A DNA stretch of 63,814 nt, filler included, from Phoronis australis (lineage: Eukaryota > Animalia > Phoronida): the NCBI GenBank assembly GCA_002633005.1. It is 5 parts of 5 records of this genome, joined end to end, with 100 filler letters (N's around TTAATTAATTAA, not from the genome) between each part and the next. Parts side by side here need not be neighbours in the genome. Positions count along the whole stretch, not along the records: positions 1 to 11,536 come from NMRA01001418.1; positions 11,637 to 27,290 come from NMRA01001036.1; 3 more parts are not named here. One strand, 5' to 3'. The notes under the pieces are model-generated. The model was not told where the DNA came from and did not search any database. It worked only from the letters and a program-made list of their open reading frames with translations. Below are positions 1-11,702 of the stretch, piece by piece (position 1 is the first letter of the stretch; every line of letters starts with the position of its first letter). Position numbers and translations under genes: made by a program.

Positions 1-883
1 CGTCTAGGCCTGGACGGCATTGGTTTAGTTGCTAAAAAACGAGTTCAGGAAGAATCAAAGCAATAATATGAAACGAAAAGTGCGGGGATGGGTTCCGTCA
101 TGGGAAATTAGGTTTTCTGGCCTGCGAGACAGTGAACAAGGGATGACGTTTGATTTTTGCCGGCGTTTACCTATGTACAGCTGGAAGAACCGCGTTCGTC
201 AGAGGATGTAATTGTAAGTCATGCAGATAAGCGCAAAAGCTAAAAAGTGAATGATTAACGACATATTTTCTACACTTCACAGCAGTTTAAAAGGCCTGGT
301 ATTTATTCAGGGGGAATTCCAAAGGACATTCTTATGAATTCCCGGCTCCCGGTGGCGACTCCCGAAAGAACAGGAATACGGTCTTCGGGATTGCCGCTCT
401 GAAGTCTGAAGGGTGACTTTTTCGCGGTCTATCTATTTTTCAAAAATGTAATTATTTATTGAAAATATAAGTATATGTGGCATTATTATATGTTAAAATT
501 TGATTTTAATTTAATACAAGCTACCGATGACCAAAACTACAAGATTTTTACGGATAGCAAAAAATGAAATTCAGGTTAGCAACAACTCAACTGAGGGCGT
601 ATAAACTAATGAATACACAGAAGTGTCCAGAGTTCATGCCCTAGCTCATTTCGGCGCCTGTGAACATGTGACAATGGTTCAGATACCATAGTTACTCTTC
701 TAATTTGTCTCTCTAGTGTTTTGACACACCTTATAAATAAATGTTCTATAAGAAGAATCGTTAACAAAATAGCAACTCATGTATATAGCGTGCACAACAC
801 AAGAGGAGGCTCAGCAAAGGCAGCCCCTACGGTAACACATTACCTAGGTGTGCACATGCACGGTGCTATTTGGGATTGTACTT

Positions 884-972
884 GGGGCAAGTGAATTTGT
901 TGTTCGGGCAAGTAAAAATTTCAACTACTTGCCCGAAGGGCAAGTGGCTTAAAAAGTTAATGTTGAGCCCTG
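884..972. mobile_element. Right terminus of a hAT-type DNA transposon; other end not in the window
   Basis: Ends in GTTAATGTTGAGCCCTG (reverse complement CAGGGCTCAACATTAAC). Preceded by clustered GGGCAAGT/ACTTGCCC subterminal motifs, a typical hAT end layout. Confidence 0.6.
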
Positions 973-1309
973 GGTCTCTACTTTCGTACTTGTCGAGTCA
1001 GCTAGACACCCTGTCCCTGGGACTAGTCAATAGATTTTGATATGAAGCACTTACCTAAAGCCTGGGTATATTTAACCTGAACTTACCTTTAAGGAAAACG
1101 CTCGAGACAAAATAAATGAACAGCGATGTCATTTTTCAAGTTAACGCTGCAGTTAGCAACACGGATTCTTCATTCAAATTGATGTCAGAATTTTAACGAT
1201 AACGCGGCCATTACCAACTTCCTCGTACCCAGAATGCACAGGTGCTTCCCTGCAAGTTCTTGGTACTTTCGTCGCTAGGAGTCGACAAGCATCAAACGCT
1301 GACCGGAGG

Positions 1310-1500
1310 TGGGCCTAACCTCATAGCATTTATTGTTGTTAGCACTTTGGGCGAGCAACCTAAATTTTTATATGATACTAGAAAATACACTTATAATTCA
1401 AATTAAAAAAGTTCCCACGTCTACACAAGCACATTTTTTGTAAATACTGTGTTTTGTTGCATGCAATATCATGCACATTCCTGCCACATGGCACTTGGTG
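1310..1500 (+). repeat. Dispersed repeat; diverged second copy at about 22170-22355
   Basis: Colinear shared blocks CTCATAGC, GCAACCTA, GTTCCCACGTCTACAC and ATGCACATTCCTGCCA at both sites. Confidence 0.7.
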
Positions 1501-2585
1501 GCAGTTTTCCATTTTCACGAAAGACGTCGCTCTAGTCGGCTGGCGACTAGTCCTCGCTGGTTCAAATCCCCTTTTGTCCACTGACGTCACACGCATGCTG
1601 GCGTGGAGGCCTTGAGAACTCGTAAACCGAGTTAACTACTGATTTAGCCTAGCCTATCAATACGGACCAAGTAGCATCAGACAAATCACAGATTTGCGGA
1701 TAATTCTATGTATCGTGACTTTCTTCAATCCTCAAAATCTAAGAATTAAGAATGTTTTTGTGGTATGTTACATAGTGAATTCTGAGGTTGCGGCATGACA
1801 AATAATTTTGCTCAGTTGAGTGTATTGGAACTGAGTCCTGCGTCCGCGGGTACTGGCGGGGGCCTACTGCGAATGGCCACGATACTTAAATATGCAGAGG
1901 TCTTTGTGTAAAATTTACGTTTGAGCTTCTCATGATTTACGGCAGTGATAAGACGTCTGCTGCCTGTGAGTTGAATGTGGCCGAGCATTCGGTTATTTTG
2001 TTTTTCATATTAAAATATTGAAAGTTATGTCGACCAAAATGGTAAGTCGGCGAGTCGCATTTGCGAAAGGTTTGCCTAAAATCCGTAAATAATTCCATTC
2101 AAGAACAGCACTGTCAGTTGGTATTAAATGTGTATGTATTTCAGGTTTTACAGTTCATCTCTGAATTGATTTATCTAAAATTTCATATAATTATTAAAAG
2201 AACTAAATTTAATTATAGGTCATTTTCTCAACTTCTTCTGTTTAGTTTGTTCTTTTAGGTTCTATGCCACTTTCAAAATTTTATTCGACAGTTACAAAAA
2301 GACTATTGCATATTGTAAAATTGATAAATTCATATGCTTTCAAAATATTTTAATATAGATATGCTTCCAAACTTAGAGATTTTGTGTGTTTTTATGACTA
2401 ATTTTGATGCGTTTGTTGCCTCTACTTGTTTTCTTAGATAGATATCACATCTGTACCCTTTGTATTTATGCTTTACACTAATGAAAGTACGTGATCAGTT
2501 GCTGAATGCATATTGCAAATGTTTGGCCACCTATGCTATTTGTATCCGGGTTGCACAACAAGTGAGTTTATGCTTTTTTTCATAG

Positions 2586-4860
2586 GTGAGGGCGTGCCTA
2601 AGGAAAACGTGTATGAAGCCCATCCCATGTTTCATGAGAAGCTTGTACAAGATGACTCCCCAACATCCACTCCAATTGGTGACAGAGTCAGCAACTCAGA
2701 AGCTATGGTATGTTCATTATGACTGGTAAAACAAGTTAGAACATTGGAATTTTATATGGTTTGTAATGTTGTCACAACTTTACAACTTAGTCTGCGTATA
2801 TCAGAAAAATTGAAGTTTATATTTCAAGGAATGTCAACCTCTCCTGTTAATAGGCCAACCACTGTTGTAGTAGTTTTCTGTAGAAAATTTAATGTTTATG
2901 GGAAAAGAAAATTGTGTCAATCTTCATGAGAAACAGTCACATTGACTATGAATGTCTTGACCTCTTTCAGAAAAAGATACTGTGATCATCAAATGTTAAA
3001 AATAAGTAGTTGTATGTGTCACACTAGTCCTTTGTGACAAATTTAACTCATTACCTTAATGAACAGGAGCAAATCAAGAACTAAGGTTCTGTCACTCACT
3101 CTGCAAAATTGATAAAACGTTTGACTTGAATAATCTGTCATGGAAAAATTTGATCGCTGTCCTCATGGACTCTTGTAATGTAATGCGAGGTGCGAAAGCT
3201 GGTTTAGAAACACTGATTCGGGAACGTAGAGCCCCCCATCTTCTTGATATTGATGGTGATTCATGTCATCATGTCCACAATTCTGCCAAAGCCTTTTGTG
3301 AGCCATTCGGGAAACACTGTGAGAAGATGCTGACCGACTTGTACAACGACTTCAAGTGGTCGACGTACAGTGCGAGTCTGCAAACAGAGATCTGCACTGC
3401 TCTGGGTATAAAACCGTCGGTGCCCAAGGAATGCGTTCCACATCGATGGCTGTCGCTGTTGCAAGTATGTATTGAGACTGTGCGATTATTTGATGCCTTG
3501 TCTGTCTATTATTTTTGTTTTCTTGATAAAGAAAACCAGAACGTTCACCAAGATATTATTGATGAGATTTTCACTAAGCGTGGCATTACGTCAGACACCA
3601 AGGAGGCAATTGAGGTGGTTCAAAGGAAGATTAGAAAGTCTCTAACTTCGTGTACTAAGGAAGGGAAGGATAGAAAGAGACGACTTTCAGACAAGATTTT
3701 TATTGTTCGTGAGAAGACGTCACTCAATCTGCATTTTTTTGCGTCATTTCTCACAATAATCCATGACTACATGAAATACTTTCAGCAGACTCAACCAAAA
3801 ATACATGAACTTCACAACAGACAAGAGGATCTTATGAAGGAGTATTTGGGATGTTTTATTAAATCAGAAATGCTGCAAGGTGGTGCCAAAAGTCTGCTTA
3901 AACGTGATTTGCATAACGAGGCAAATCATCTGACAAACTCTACTTGTTTTTACGGTGAAGTTGTGAAGAAACTACTCGCAGCTAAGAGAAAGGATGACTC
4001 CTTAAAGACGGAATTTCAAAAACTGGCTAGGAAGGCTTTTGTGGCTGGAGGAATCACACTTCAAAAGAAGATGCCTCTCAATAACACTGTTCTGAAATGT
4101 TTTAGTTGCCTAGATCCCTGTATGACAACCAATTCAGTCACCCTGGTGCAACTACTGAAGCTTGGAAAATTTTTTGAGCATCTCCTGAGTGTCGAGCAAA
4201 CACAGGATCTAGATCGAGAGTATTGACAGTTGGTGGAGTAGTCATCATGAGAAATTCCCTGTGCTAACTAGAGTTGCTAAATGTGCGCTGAGTGTCTTCC
4301 ATGGCCCTCTTGTCGAATCAGCCTTTAGCACGATGACTGAGATTGTTGACAAGTGCAACACAGCAATTGGTGTTGAGACATTCGCTGCTTATCAGACAAT
4401 TAAATTCTCTTTAAAAGCGGGAAAAAAGTCTGCTATTAATTACTTTATGAAGAAAGACCCAACACAAGATCCTGTTGACAAAAGACTTGTGAAAAATATG
4501 CGATGTGCTTGAAGGAAAAACCAAGAAAGGAAACAGCAAAACAGAGAGCATGGAGACAGGAAGCTGAAAGATATTGGTGTTGCAGTGAAACCACACCAGA
4601 CTAAGCGTCACTTTCACGAAAATGTAATGTCTGCAGCTAAGCAAGCGGTTAAAGACCACTGTTCATCTCAAGGTGACAAGCTTGCAGCAAAGCGAGTGAA
4701 GACAGGTTTGACTGTTAGTGACCAGACTGTCAATAGTGACATCCAAACTGACACCATGCTCCCTATTCCTCCCACTGGTAGTCGGGCATCTGTCAGTAAG
4801 AAGCAGTCGACCCTGAAAAACTTCTTTGGCAACAAGGGTACAAAGTCTAAGCTGAAAAAG
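2586..4860 (+). pseudogene. hAT transposase (spliced, disrupted)
   Basis: Candidate exon 2586-2707 (AG/GT, ...PIGDRVSNSEAM). ORF 3126-4226 has MDSCNVMRG, DGDSCHHVHN and HRWLS motifs. After a frameshift near 4220 comes the hATC-like segment IDSWW...KFPVLTRVAKCALSVFHGPLVESAFS. In-frame TGA at 4510-4512 (probably ex-TGG), then a basic tail to a GTGAGC donor at 4861. The N-terminal catalytic part appears deleted. Confidence 0.85.
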
Positions 4861-5103
4861 GTGAGCTTTGTGCTCTAAAATTTTGGAACTAAATATTAAG
4901 CAATTAAAAGTGCATGTCATCATTTGTATTAGTTGGAAGGTGGTGGACATCAATTTAGAGATTTTAAAAGTGATTATTGAGTTATGTAAGAACTATCTAA
5001 AGTGCAACAAAGCTCATGTTTACATTCCTTGTGTCTTGACTACACATTTTATTTCCTATAACACCTTAAGTAACACTAATGTAACACTGTACACTGTTCT
5101 CAG

Positions 5104-5891
5104 GTTGCTTCAGAATTGGTTGCACCTAATTCGCCAGGAGGGGATAGTTCTACCAGACCATCTCAGTGTTCGATATACAGTGCCCTGGATGATAAGTTGG
5201 CTAAAGGTTTGTATTGTTGGAAATATTCAAGAGGTTGGTGGTACATTTAGGCATAGTAAACATAGTTAAATTTAATTTTTATTTAATAGTAACCATCGTT
5301 GTTAATAATATTATTTGTTAATTTGATATTACGGCAATTGCCTATTATCTGTCTGACAAAGATCTTAAACAATACAATGTACCGTTTTCTATGTTTTCAG
5401 AGGGAAGAGAAATTGATAAAATGGTAGGAGATGGCAACTGCTTCTTTCGGGCCATTAGTAAGGCGACAGAAAAATCTCAGGAGGGCCATGCAAAGTGGAG
5501 AGGTGTCATCTGCGACGAAGTGATGAAAAATCCTATGTTGTTTCAAAAATTTGTGGACATGCCCATTTCGGAGCACGTAAAGAAAATGAGGAACCAGAAG
5601 GAGTGGGCGACCACTTGTGAAATCTATGGTGCTGCGAGTGCCCTTAAAGTTCCTGTCTATGTCTTATCACCACCGTCCGATTGTACAGGAATAGTCAGCA
5701 GTTACAGGTGGCTTATGTTCTCACCTAGTGGAAAGGTTGCTGAGCCAGTGGACATTCCGGCGAGTTATCTGACTCTTTGTCATACAAATGGCAACCACTT
5801 TGATATAGTTGTGTCTCTTCCATCACAGTCTGGATTACCACCCCCAAACCTGGATAATGTCATGTCTTGTGTTGATTTAAGAGATGAGTGA
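5104..5891 (+). CDS. OTU-family cysteine protease (deubiquitinase-like) domain; exons 5104-5206 and 5401-5891
   Basis: Spliced translation LDDKLAKEGREIDKMVGDGNCFFRAIS...EWATTCEIYGAA...HTNGNHFDIV contains the OTU Cys box and His box. No stops, canonical splice sites, matching phases. Confidence 0.88.
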
Positions 5892-6345
5892 ATGTCTTTG
5901 TGGATATTGCCATCCAATTTGCTTTTTGCTCATGTTCTGAAATATTGTTGAGTTGTAAGTGATCTGTTTTTTGCATGATTGTGTACATTAATATTTATGA
6001 TCCACATATTTGAAGTATTGATTTGGCATGACACTGGCAAAAATTATGATGTTTTTAAGTTATCGTGTTTTAAAGTTATGGAGGCTTTAATATATCAGTC
6101 ATAGTTGTAATATCATCTAGTATATGGTAAGATTTTGTGCATTGTGATCTAATTCATAATACAAGTTCACAACATGATGTACATCACGTGTCCAAATTAT
6201 TGTTGCTGTTTGGTGACTTAGACTAGCGCAATCCACCGCAAATGAGCATATTTTGCCAACTCAGCATAATTACAGGGTATCTTGTGTTTTTTTTTCGGTT
6301 TGTTGAGATATCCTCATTTGGATTGCAATATGTATTTGGGGGCGG

Positions 6346-6549
6346 CAGAGGCGGATCTACAGGGCGTTTAAACCCCCGTCCCGGGACGGGATATCAAAAA
6401 TGAAACTGAAAAAAAACGAAATCATCTACAAACACTAAAAAACATCTTACATGGGAGGGGGGGAACCCTCTCCAGACCTTGGGCGCTACGGGTCTCGGAT
6501 TCACGCGAGTCTTTAAACCCCCCTTATTGAAAACATAAATCTGCCACCG
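6346..6549. mobile_element. Small MITE of the GGCGGATC...GATCCGCC type inside the hAT subterminal region
   Basis: Imperfect TIRs CAGAGGCGGATCTA / TAAATCTGCCACCG (10 of 14). Similar single ends near 52070-52083 and 60413-60426. Confidence 0.5.
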
Positions 6550-7740
6550 GGCCGTAAAAATTTCCTCTTTTTTGTCATGAGTCATTCCAAGCCCTGACAT
6601 TCACATGACATCAAGTGTTGCAGTTTGCAACAATCATCTATTAATTTCAGTTTAATTGCAAAACAATGTCTCGGAACCATTCTAAAACATTCTGAAACTA
6701 CTAAGGTTCGCTGTAATCAAAGCATCATGGAGTTAGACATTGTAAGCAAGTGGATTTAAAAACCTGATTTGTTGAAATGACTAGTTGCAAAAACATCTCA
6801 CATTTTAAAATTGGGAGCTCAGGGTACTTCAAAGATTTTGAGTTGGGTCACTTAGCGCAAATTGCCGTTTTCTTGCGCGTTAGATGGGTTGGATTGTTAT
6901 CCAGGCAAAAGTCACTCACTGGCAATCCGCATTTTGAGAACAAGTTTTAATGTCTGCTATTCAGTGAAAAACAGGTTCCTGTTATGCAGTTGAAAACACT
7001 GCATGGTTCTCAAAGTAGGGGTCCCCTGTATGTGACTATTACCATTGTGTTTGCTCAGTGTTATGAACAACATGCTAGTGTGTCATTCTTGTGGTTAGGA
7101 TCTACATAATACAGCAGTGATTTTAGTCAACATTTCGGTCTTTTCGAACAGTTTTTCAAAATTACAATTTTGACTCTTATTGAGGGGGCCTCCTCGTGGC
7201 AAGAGATGGGCAGTGTGAATTGCTTCAGAACATTTGCACTGGCAGACACCCTCACGTTGACTCAAAATTAAAAACCGTGATGTCATTAATGTGTTCCTAG
7301 AAACATTGCACTCCATGGCATAGGCTTCAAATCGCACAACATGCCATGAAATTTGTCTAATCATTGGGAACTTTATTTTGCTGATGTATTGATCAGAAAT
7401 ATGGTTTAGGTTAGGGATAGACTGAAGTACTAAGTCTGGGCACTATAGTGATGTGGCGCACAACAGGGCTACCCCATTTTCATTGCAGACCCTTCCCTGA
7501 TAGAAACTCGTTCCGGTTTTGTGCTTGCCTAGCTCCCCTGGGCCCTGTTCCTGTCCCCTGTTCATGCAGTGCCTCCAGGTTGCCTCTCATCACAATCACA
7601 ATCATTGGTCGCCAACAATTTCTGTTGAATAATTCTGACTACACCAATGGTGCTGGGGAAATAGGTTATTAAAGACCCGACTACCATTCAAGTTGCACAC
7701 TCAGTGCCATGTGAAAGCATAGACCATTATGAAAGTAACA

Positions 7741-7980
7741 CCTGGGCCCTGAGTTTCAACTTTTTACTAGAGATTATTTTTATTATTTATGACAATTAAT
7801 GATCCCAGCATTGGAGCTAAGAGTTTGAGTCTGAGCTCGAGGTTTTGCTAGAAATCTTGAGTTTTTACTCAAGTTTTAGCTCGAATCTAGTGGTCCTTAA
7901 GTTCTATTTTGAACTTGGAAGGAAGTGGACTGGAAGTGACAAAAACAATTTCGAGTTCAATTTGGATTGAAAGCATCACT
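7741..7980 (+). repeat. Degenerate partial relative of the 21653-22059 MITE
   Basis: Starts CTGGGCCC...TTTTTACTAGAG and shares the CTCGA/TTTTTACTC-rich motifs. Confidence 0.4.
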
Positions 7981-9961
7981 CTAGAGGTGTATTCCCAAAA
8001 CATGATCTAATAATCCGTTTTCAGGGTTTTAAATCAATTCATCAAGACTGAGCTAGAACCTGTTTAGCCCAAAAAGCATTTAAATACAATGTGGAGAATA
8101 ATAAAGCATCTGTACTAAAACGAACCCATTTTAAGTTACTTGTCCACAAAGTGTACTATTTTTAAGCTGCTATTAACCCAACCTTTCTTTAGAACCGTCA
8201 TATAACAATTTAAGATTGGTCTCACTACCAACAATGTTGTTTTTGGCCTAAATAATAGCAAAAATCTAATAAAAATTGGTCTCATGGAGATTGGCGTATC
8301 CAGCAGTTGGATTTGGATCCTAGTGTCTGGTGTCAGTCTTCGCGTGTGTGCTCGTGGTTAGACTCTTGATCTCGTACTGTTCCTTACTGAGATTACATGT
8401 GGCATATTGGCTTCCGTTGAACGATAGGTTGTTATTGCTTAAGACCTGGTGCAATAACCATGGCTTTGAGCAATAACAAAGTTTGAGTTCTTCCAAGTCC
8501 ACTAAGGAACAAGTTGAGACAGGGATAGAAACATGGCTTGGAATTTTCTCTTTTAAGAGGATTTCATATTTTTTTTGTTTTTATTTCCTCTTGTTTGATT
8601 TCAAGCCTCTTTTTTATCATTACTTCGACTTCATTCATGCAAAGACTTTTATTTTTATTAATTAAATTTTACAACACGAAAAATATTTCTATCACACAAG
8701 CCTATTTGTGAAAACGATACATCATCTGGAAAACTTTCCTCTTTTAGTCTTTCCAATTCCTGTATGTAGTGGTAAGTTGTTCAGATCAAAATTTATTCTT
8801 TGTCACATACAATGCATTCATAGCACCTTTAAAGGAGTTTAATGCGAAGGAAATATTGAAGCCAGCAAACACCAGCTGATAAGCGCATTCTGAAATCAAC
8901 TATGGTGCTTGCTTGTGCTTTCCAAGATGTTCAACCCACATTGTTAGTTATAGGGATAGGGTTCATTCCACCATCCTTTGGCTTTCAGGGTACTCTCCTT
9001 AAACCATTCCAAGGGGGTACTCCCACAGGTTTATACAGTACATGAAGCTCAGCTGGGTGATTTCTTTCAAACAATTTCTCTTCAAAATGGTGCTTGAAAA
9101 AATCCCTACCAAAGAAAACTTTTTCACATGAATACAACGTGTTTCACTCTGGAAGTTAAAAACACTGCAAATGGTACCTTTTCCTACTGCAGAAGGGATT
9201 TTGTTACGATACCTGTATTTTCAAAATTTTGGGCACCAGAAGATTTTTGACAATAGGAATCTCTGAGCAGGCTTCTTCAAGCTTAATGAGTGAAAAAGAC
9301 AGCTGTCCAAAAATTACTACGAAATAATTCAGTTGTTAGCATTAACCCTTATAAAAAGATTGTGTATTTGTAACAATAGGCTACATTTTCATTGAACTCC
9401 AAACCTCAGATGACATACCTAATGTTTTTTAGCCACTGTCTAAGTGGGTGGAGATTCTTCTAGTACCAGATTATGCATAAAACTAAAGCTAAGGGCCCAT
9501 TTGGGTCATCTCTCAGGTATTTTTGTAACTACAAATTTATCCTCGGAACATCTAGAGCACCTCGGCTATTTTCCTATTTACAAATATTTCTTTTTTTCGT
9601 AGCCTCAACTATCCTCTCAGAGATTAAAGGCGAAGGCAACCTTTTTCCATGTCATTTTGAGCTAAAATAAGGTTGGTTGGTTATCCTAGACATATTTTTC
9701 ACTCAATTACAGCTTTTCGTAATTTCATTAATTACTCGTCCGCTATTCCGGAAGTGACATTTTAGGAGGCAAGCGTTTCCCGCCAATTGGTTTTGCGTTG
9801 AGTTTACTGTGCGAATCTGTTCTATTCTACTTCTGTTTTGGGCTATTTTTCACCAATTGTCGCCACCACTTTCCATCGGCGAGTATTCTGCGGCAAGATA
9901 GGTTAGTAGAGAACTCAACTACCTTGGATTTAGGGATTGTTTAGTGTGTTTTAAGCTGAAA

Positions 9962-10270
9962 ATGGCTGGAGTCGTGATCCGTATCACAGTGACAGTAGTG
10001 TGAGTGACGGAGACCTTGTTCACAGCAGTGGTGACGAGGAATTTTTTCACGGACATTCAGTGGGTGGGTACATGTTTGAGCCCGAGTAGAACGAGGCAGA
10101 GTACGCACAGGCACAGGCAGCTGTTGAGAGAAACGAGGCGGCTACTGAGGACAGACGTGGTGACACATCTTGGTGCAAATGCACTGTGTGCGTTGTTATA
10201 CCTACCTCAATGGAATGCTTGTGCTAATCAGAGTTCGACGAGGCCAAGCCACTACTGGACATGTTTAAAA
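9962..10270 (+). pseudogene. KolX / P2X7 cytoplasmic C-terminal (Cys-rich ballast)-like protein, N-terminal part
   Basis: Manual translation ...GYMFEPE*NEAE...RRGDTSWCKCTVCVVIPTSMECLC*SEFDE matches the YxFEP...WCxCxxCxxxPTxxECxCC signature. Stops at 10087-10089 and 10225-10227, and a frameshift just after ATG 9962. Confidence 0.8.
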
Positions 10271-11426
10271 GGACCTCCGGCATACCACGGACAGAGGAAC
10301 AACTGTCCCGCGACACACTCCCACTGGATGGTGACCTGAATACCCAAACTTCTTACACCGTGTCGTGTGACTCCCACGGCACCTTCTAAATAGATCCAAC
10401 ACTTTAGACAAGTCCACAATAAACTTATCAAAGTTTGGCTCGCCGATCTGTTCACTGGACGACGAACTGTCCTCTTCACTGGGTGTCGAACTGAGCCTGT
10501 TATCACTCGACCCACTACTCAATATCGCTGCAGGGCTGCTTAGAGGCTCTGGGGTGGAGAAAACAGCACAGGGCGAATCACTACTGGTTCCAGGAATTAC
10601 ACGCTCTGGGGTACGTTCGGAGGCACCGGGTGACAGTAGATGAAGTGCCTCCACTGGCTCCAGTCATTGTACTGGCCACAGCTCGCGAGACTTCTCGCTT
10701 CAAAAACGCACTTCTCGGGGGTGGCAACGGGGTACTGCCGGGAATCAACACAGACGGAATGGCATCCTTCTTCAGGCGTTGTTTCGCAGGGACCTTCATC
10801 AGTTCAGCGTNAGACAAGTCCACAATAAACTTATCAAAATTTGGCTCACCGATCTGTTCACTGGACGACGAACTGTCCTCTTCACTGGGTGTCGAACAGA
10901 GCCTGTAATCACTCCCACTACTCAATATCGCTGCGGAGCTGCTTAGAGGCTCTGGGGTGGAGAAAACAGCACAGAGCGAATCACTACTGGTTCCAGGAAT
11001 TGCACGCTCTGGGGTACGTTCGGAGGCACGGGTGACAGTAGATGAAGTGCCTCCACGGGCTCCAGTCACTGTACTGGCCACAGCTCGCGAGGCTTCTCGC
11101 TTCAAATACGCACTTCTCGAGGGTGGCGACGGGGCACTGCCGGGAATCAACACAGACGGAATGACAACCTTCTTCAGATACGCAGGGACCTTCATCAGTT
11201 CAGCGTACAAATCCCTTTCGTAATCGGAATGCAGAAAGTGCTTGCCACACACACGGTAATTCTCCACTGCTTTGTACGTTGCTTGGACGGGTAACGCTGC
11301 GTTATTCACACGAACGAGCTAAGTACGGCGAAGTGTGTCATCCATCGGAAAGCGATGCAAAGGTACTCCCAAAGCGCGCGTGAGCCGATAATTAGTATAT
11401 CCTGGTACGCAGCAACAGTGTGGCAT
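10265..11426 (-). pseudogene. THAP-domain transposase N-terminus (Kolobok type), truncated
   Basis: From ATG 11426: MPHCCCVPGYTN...LHRFP...RRT*LVRV...RVCGKHF...LKKDAIPSV, a THAP zinc finger with C>Y and W>TAG (11319-11321). Then a Ser-rich linker and KFIVDLSKVLDLFRRC. No DDE core present. Confidence 0.85.
10406..11206. repeat. Direct duplication of about 400 bp (10406-10810 and 10812-11206), probably an assembly overlap
   Basis: Both copies begin AGACAAGTCCAC and end GTTCAGCGT. They are highly similar and separated by a single N at 10811. Confidence 0.85.
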
Positions 11427-11536
11427 GTTGACTGACTAGTGAATGAAAGCAAACGACGACCGGAACTTAACACAACCGAGGTAGAACAATGACTGACTCG
11501 GCAGCTCTCACAGTCAGACTATATGAAAAGAAATTG

Positions 11537-11636
11537 NNNNNNNNNNNNNNNNNNNNNNNNNNNNNNNNNNNNNNNNNNNNTTAATTAATTAANNNNNNNN
11601 NNNNNNNNNNNNNNNNNNNNNNNNNNNNNNNNNNNN
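11537..11636. other. Artificial contig spacer (also 27291-27390, 59232-59331, 61462-61561)
   Basis: Identical 100-nt N-run/TTAATTAATTAA/N-run at four sites; the core gives stops in all six frames. Confidence 0.95.
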
Positions 11637-11702
11637 CGACCGGTCGGCCAAAAATTCGTGATGTGTGCTGTATATACTATAAATGCCATTTTTAATTTGT
11701 AG

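Larger units (their letters stand above)
2586..6596 (+). mobile_element. Defective hAT-superfamily transposon carrying an OTU domain; left end not located
   Basis: hAT transposase remnants, then OTU exons, then a hAT-like right terminus GTCATTCCAAGCCCTG ending at 6596. No convincing matching left TIR or 8-bp TSD found. Confidence 0.7.
9628..11536. mobile_element. Kolobok DNA transposon, internally deleted; right end lost at the spacer
   Basis: TTAA (9624-9627) then AGGCGAAGGCAACC terminus, repeated after TTAA at 63743. Holds convergent KolX-like (+) and THAP-transposase (-) remnants. Confidence 0.8.

Noticed and set aside
1607-1626. GAGGCCTTGAGAACTC as the left TIR of the hAT-OTU element
   Set aside because: Only loose similarity to CAGGGCTTGGAATGACTC and no TSD matching ACATTCAC.
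8270-9620. Strand-biased sequence suggestive of an old LINE 3' region
   Set aside because: Too degenerate; no diagnostic motif could be read.
10406-11206. Apparent internal domain duplication in the THAP protein
   Set aside because: The copies meet at a single N, typical of unmerged overlapping contigs or haplotypes.
11537-11636. TTAATTAATTAA motif between N runs, four times
   Set aside because: Synthetic spacer, not biological; nothing should be inferred from adjacency across it.
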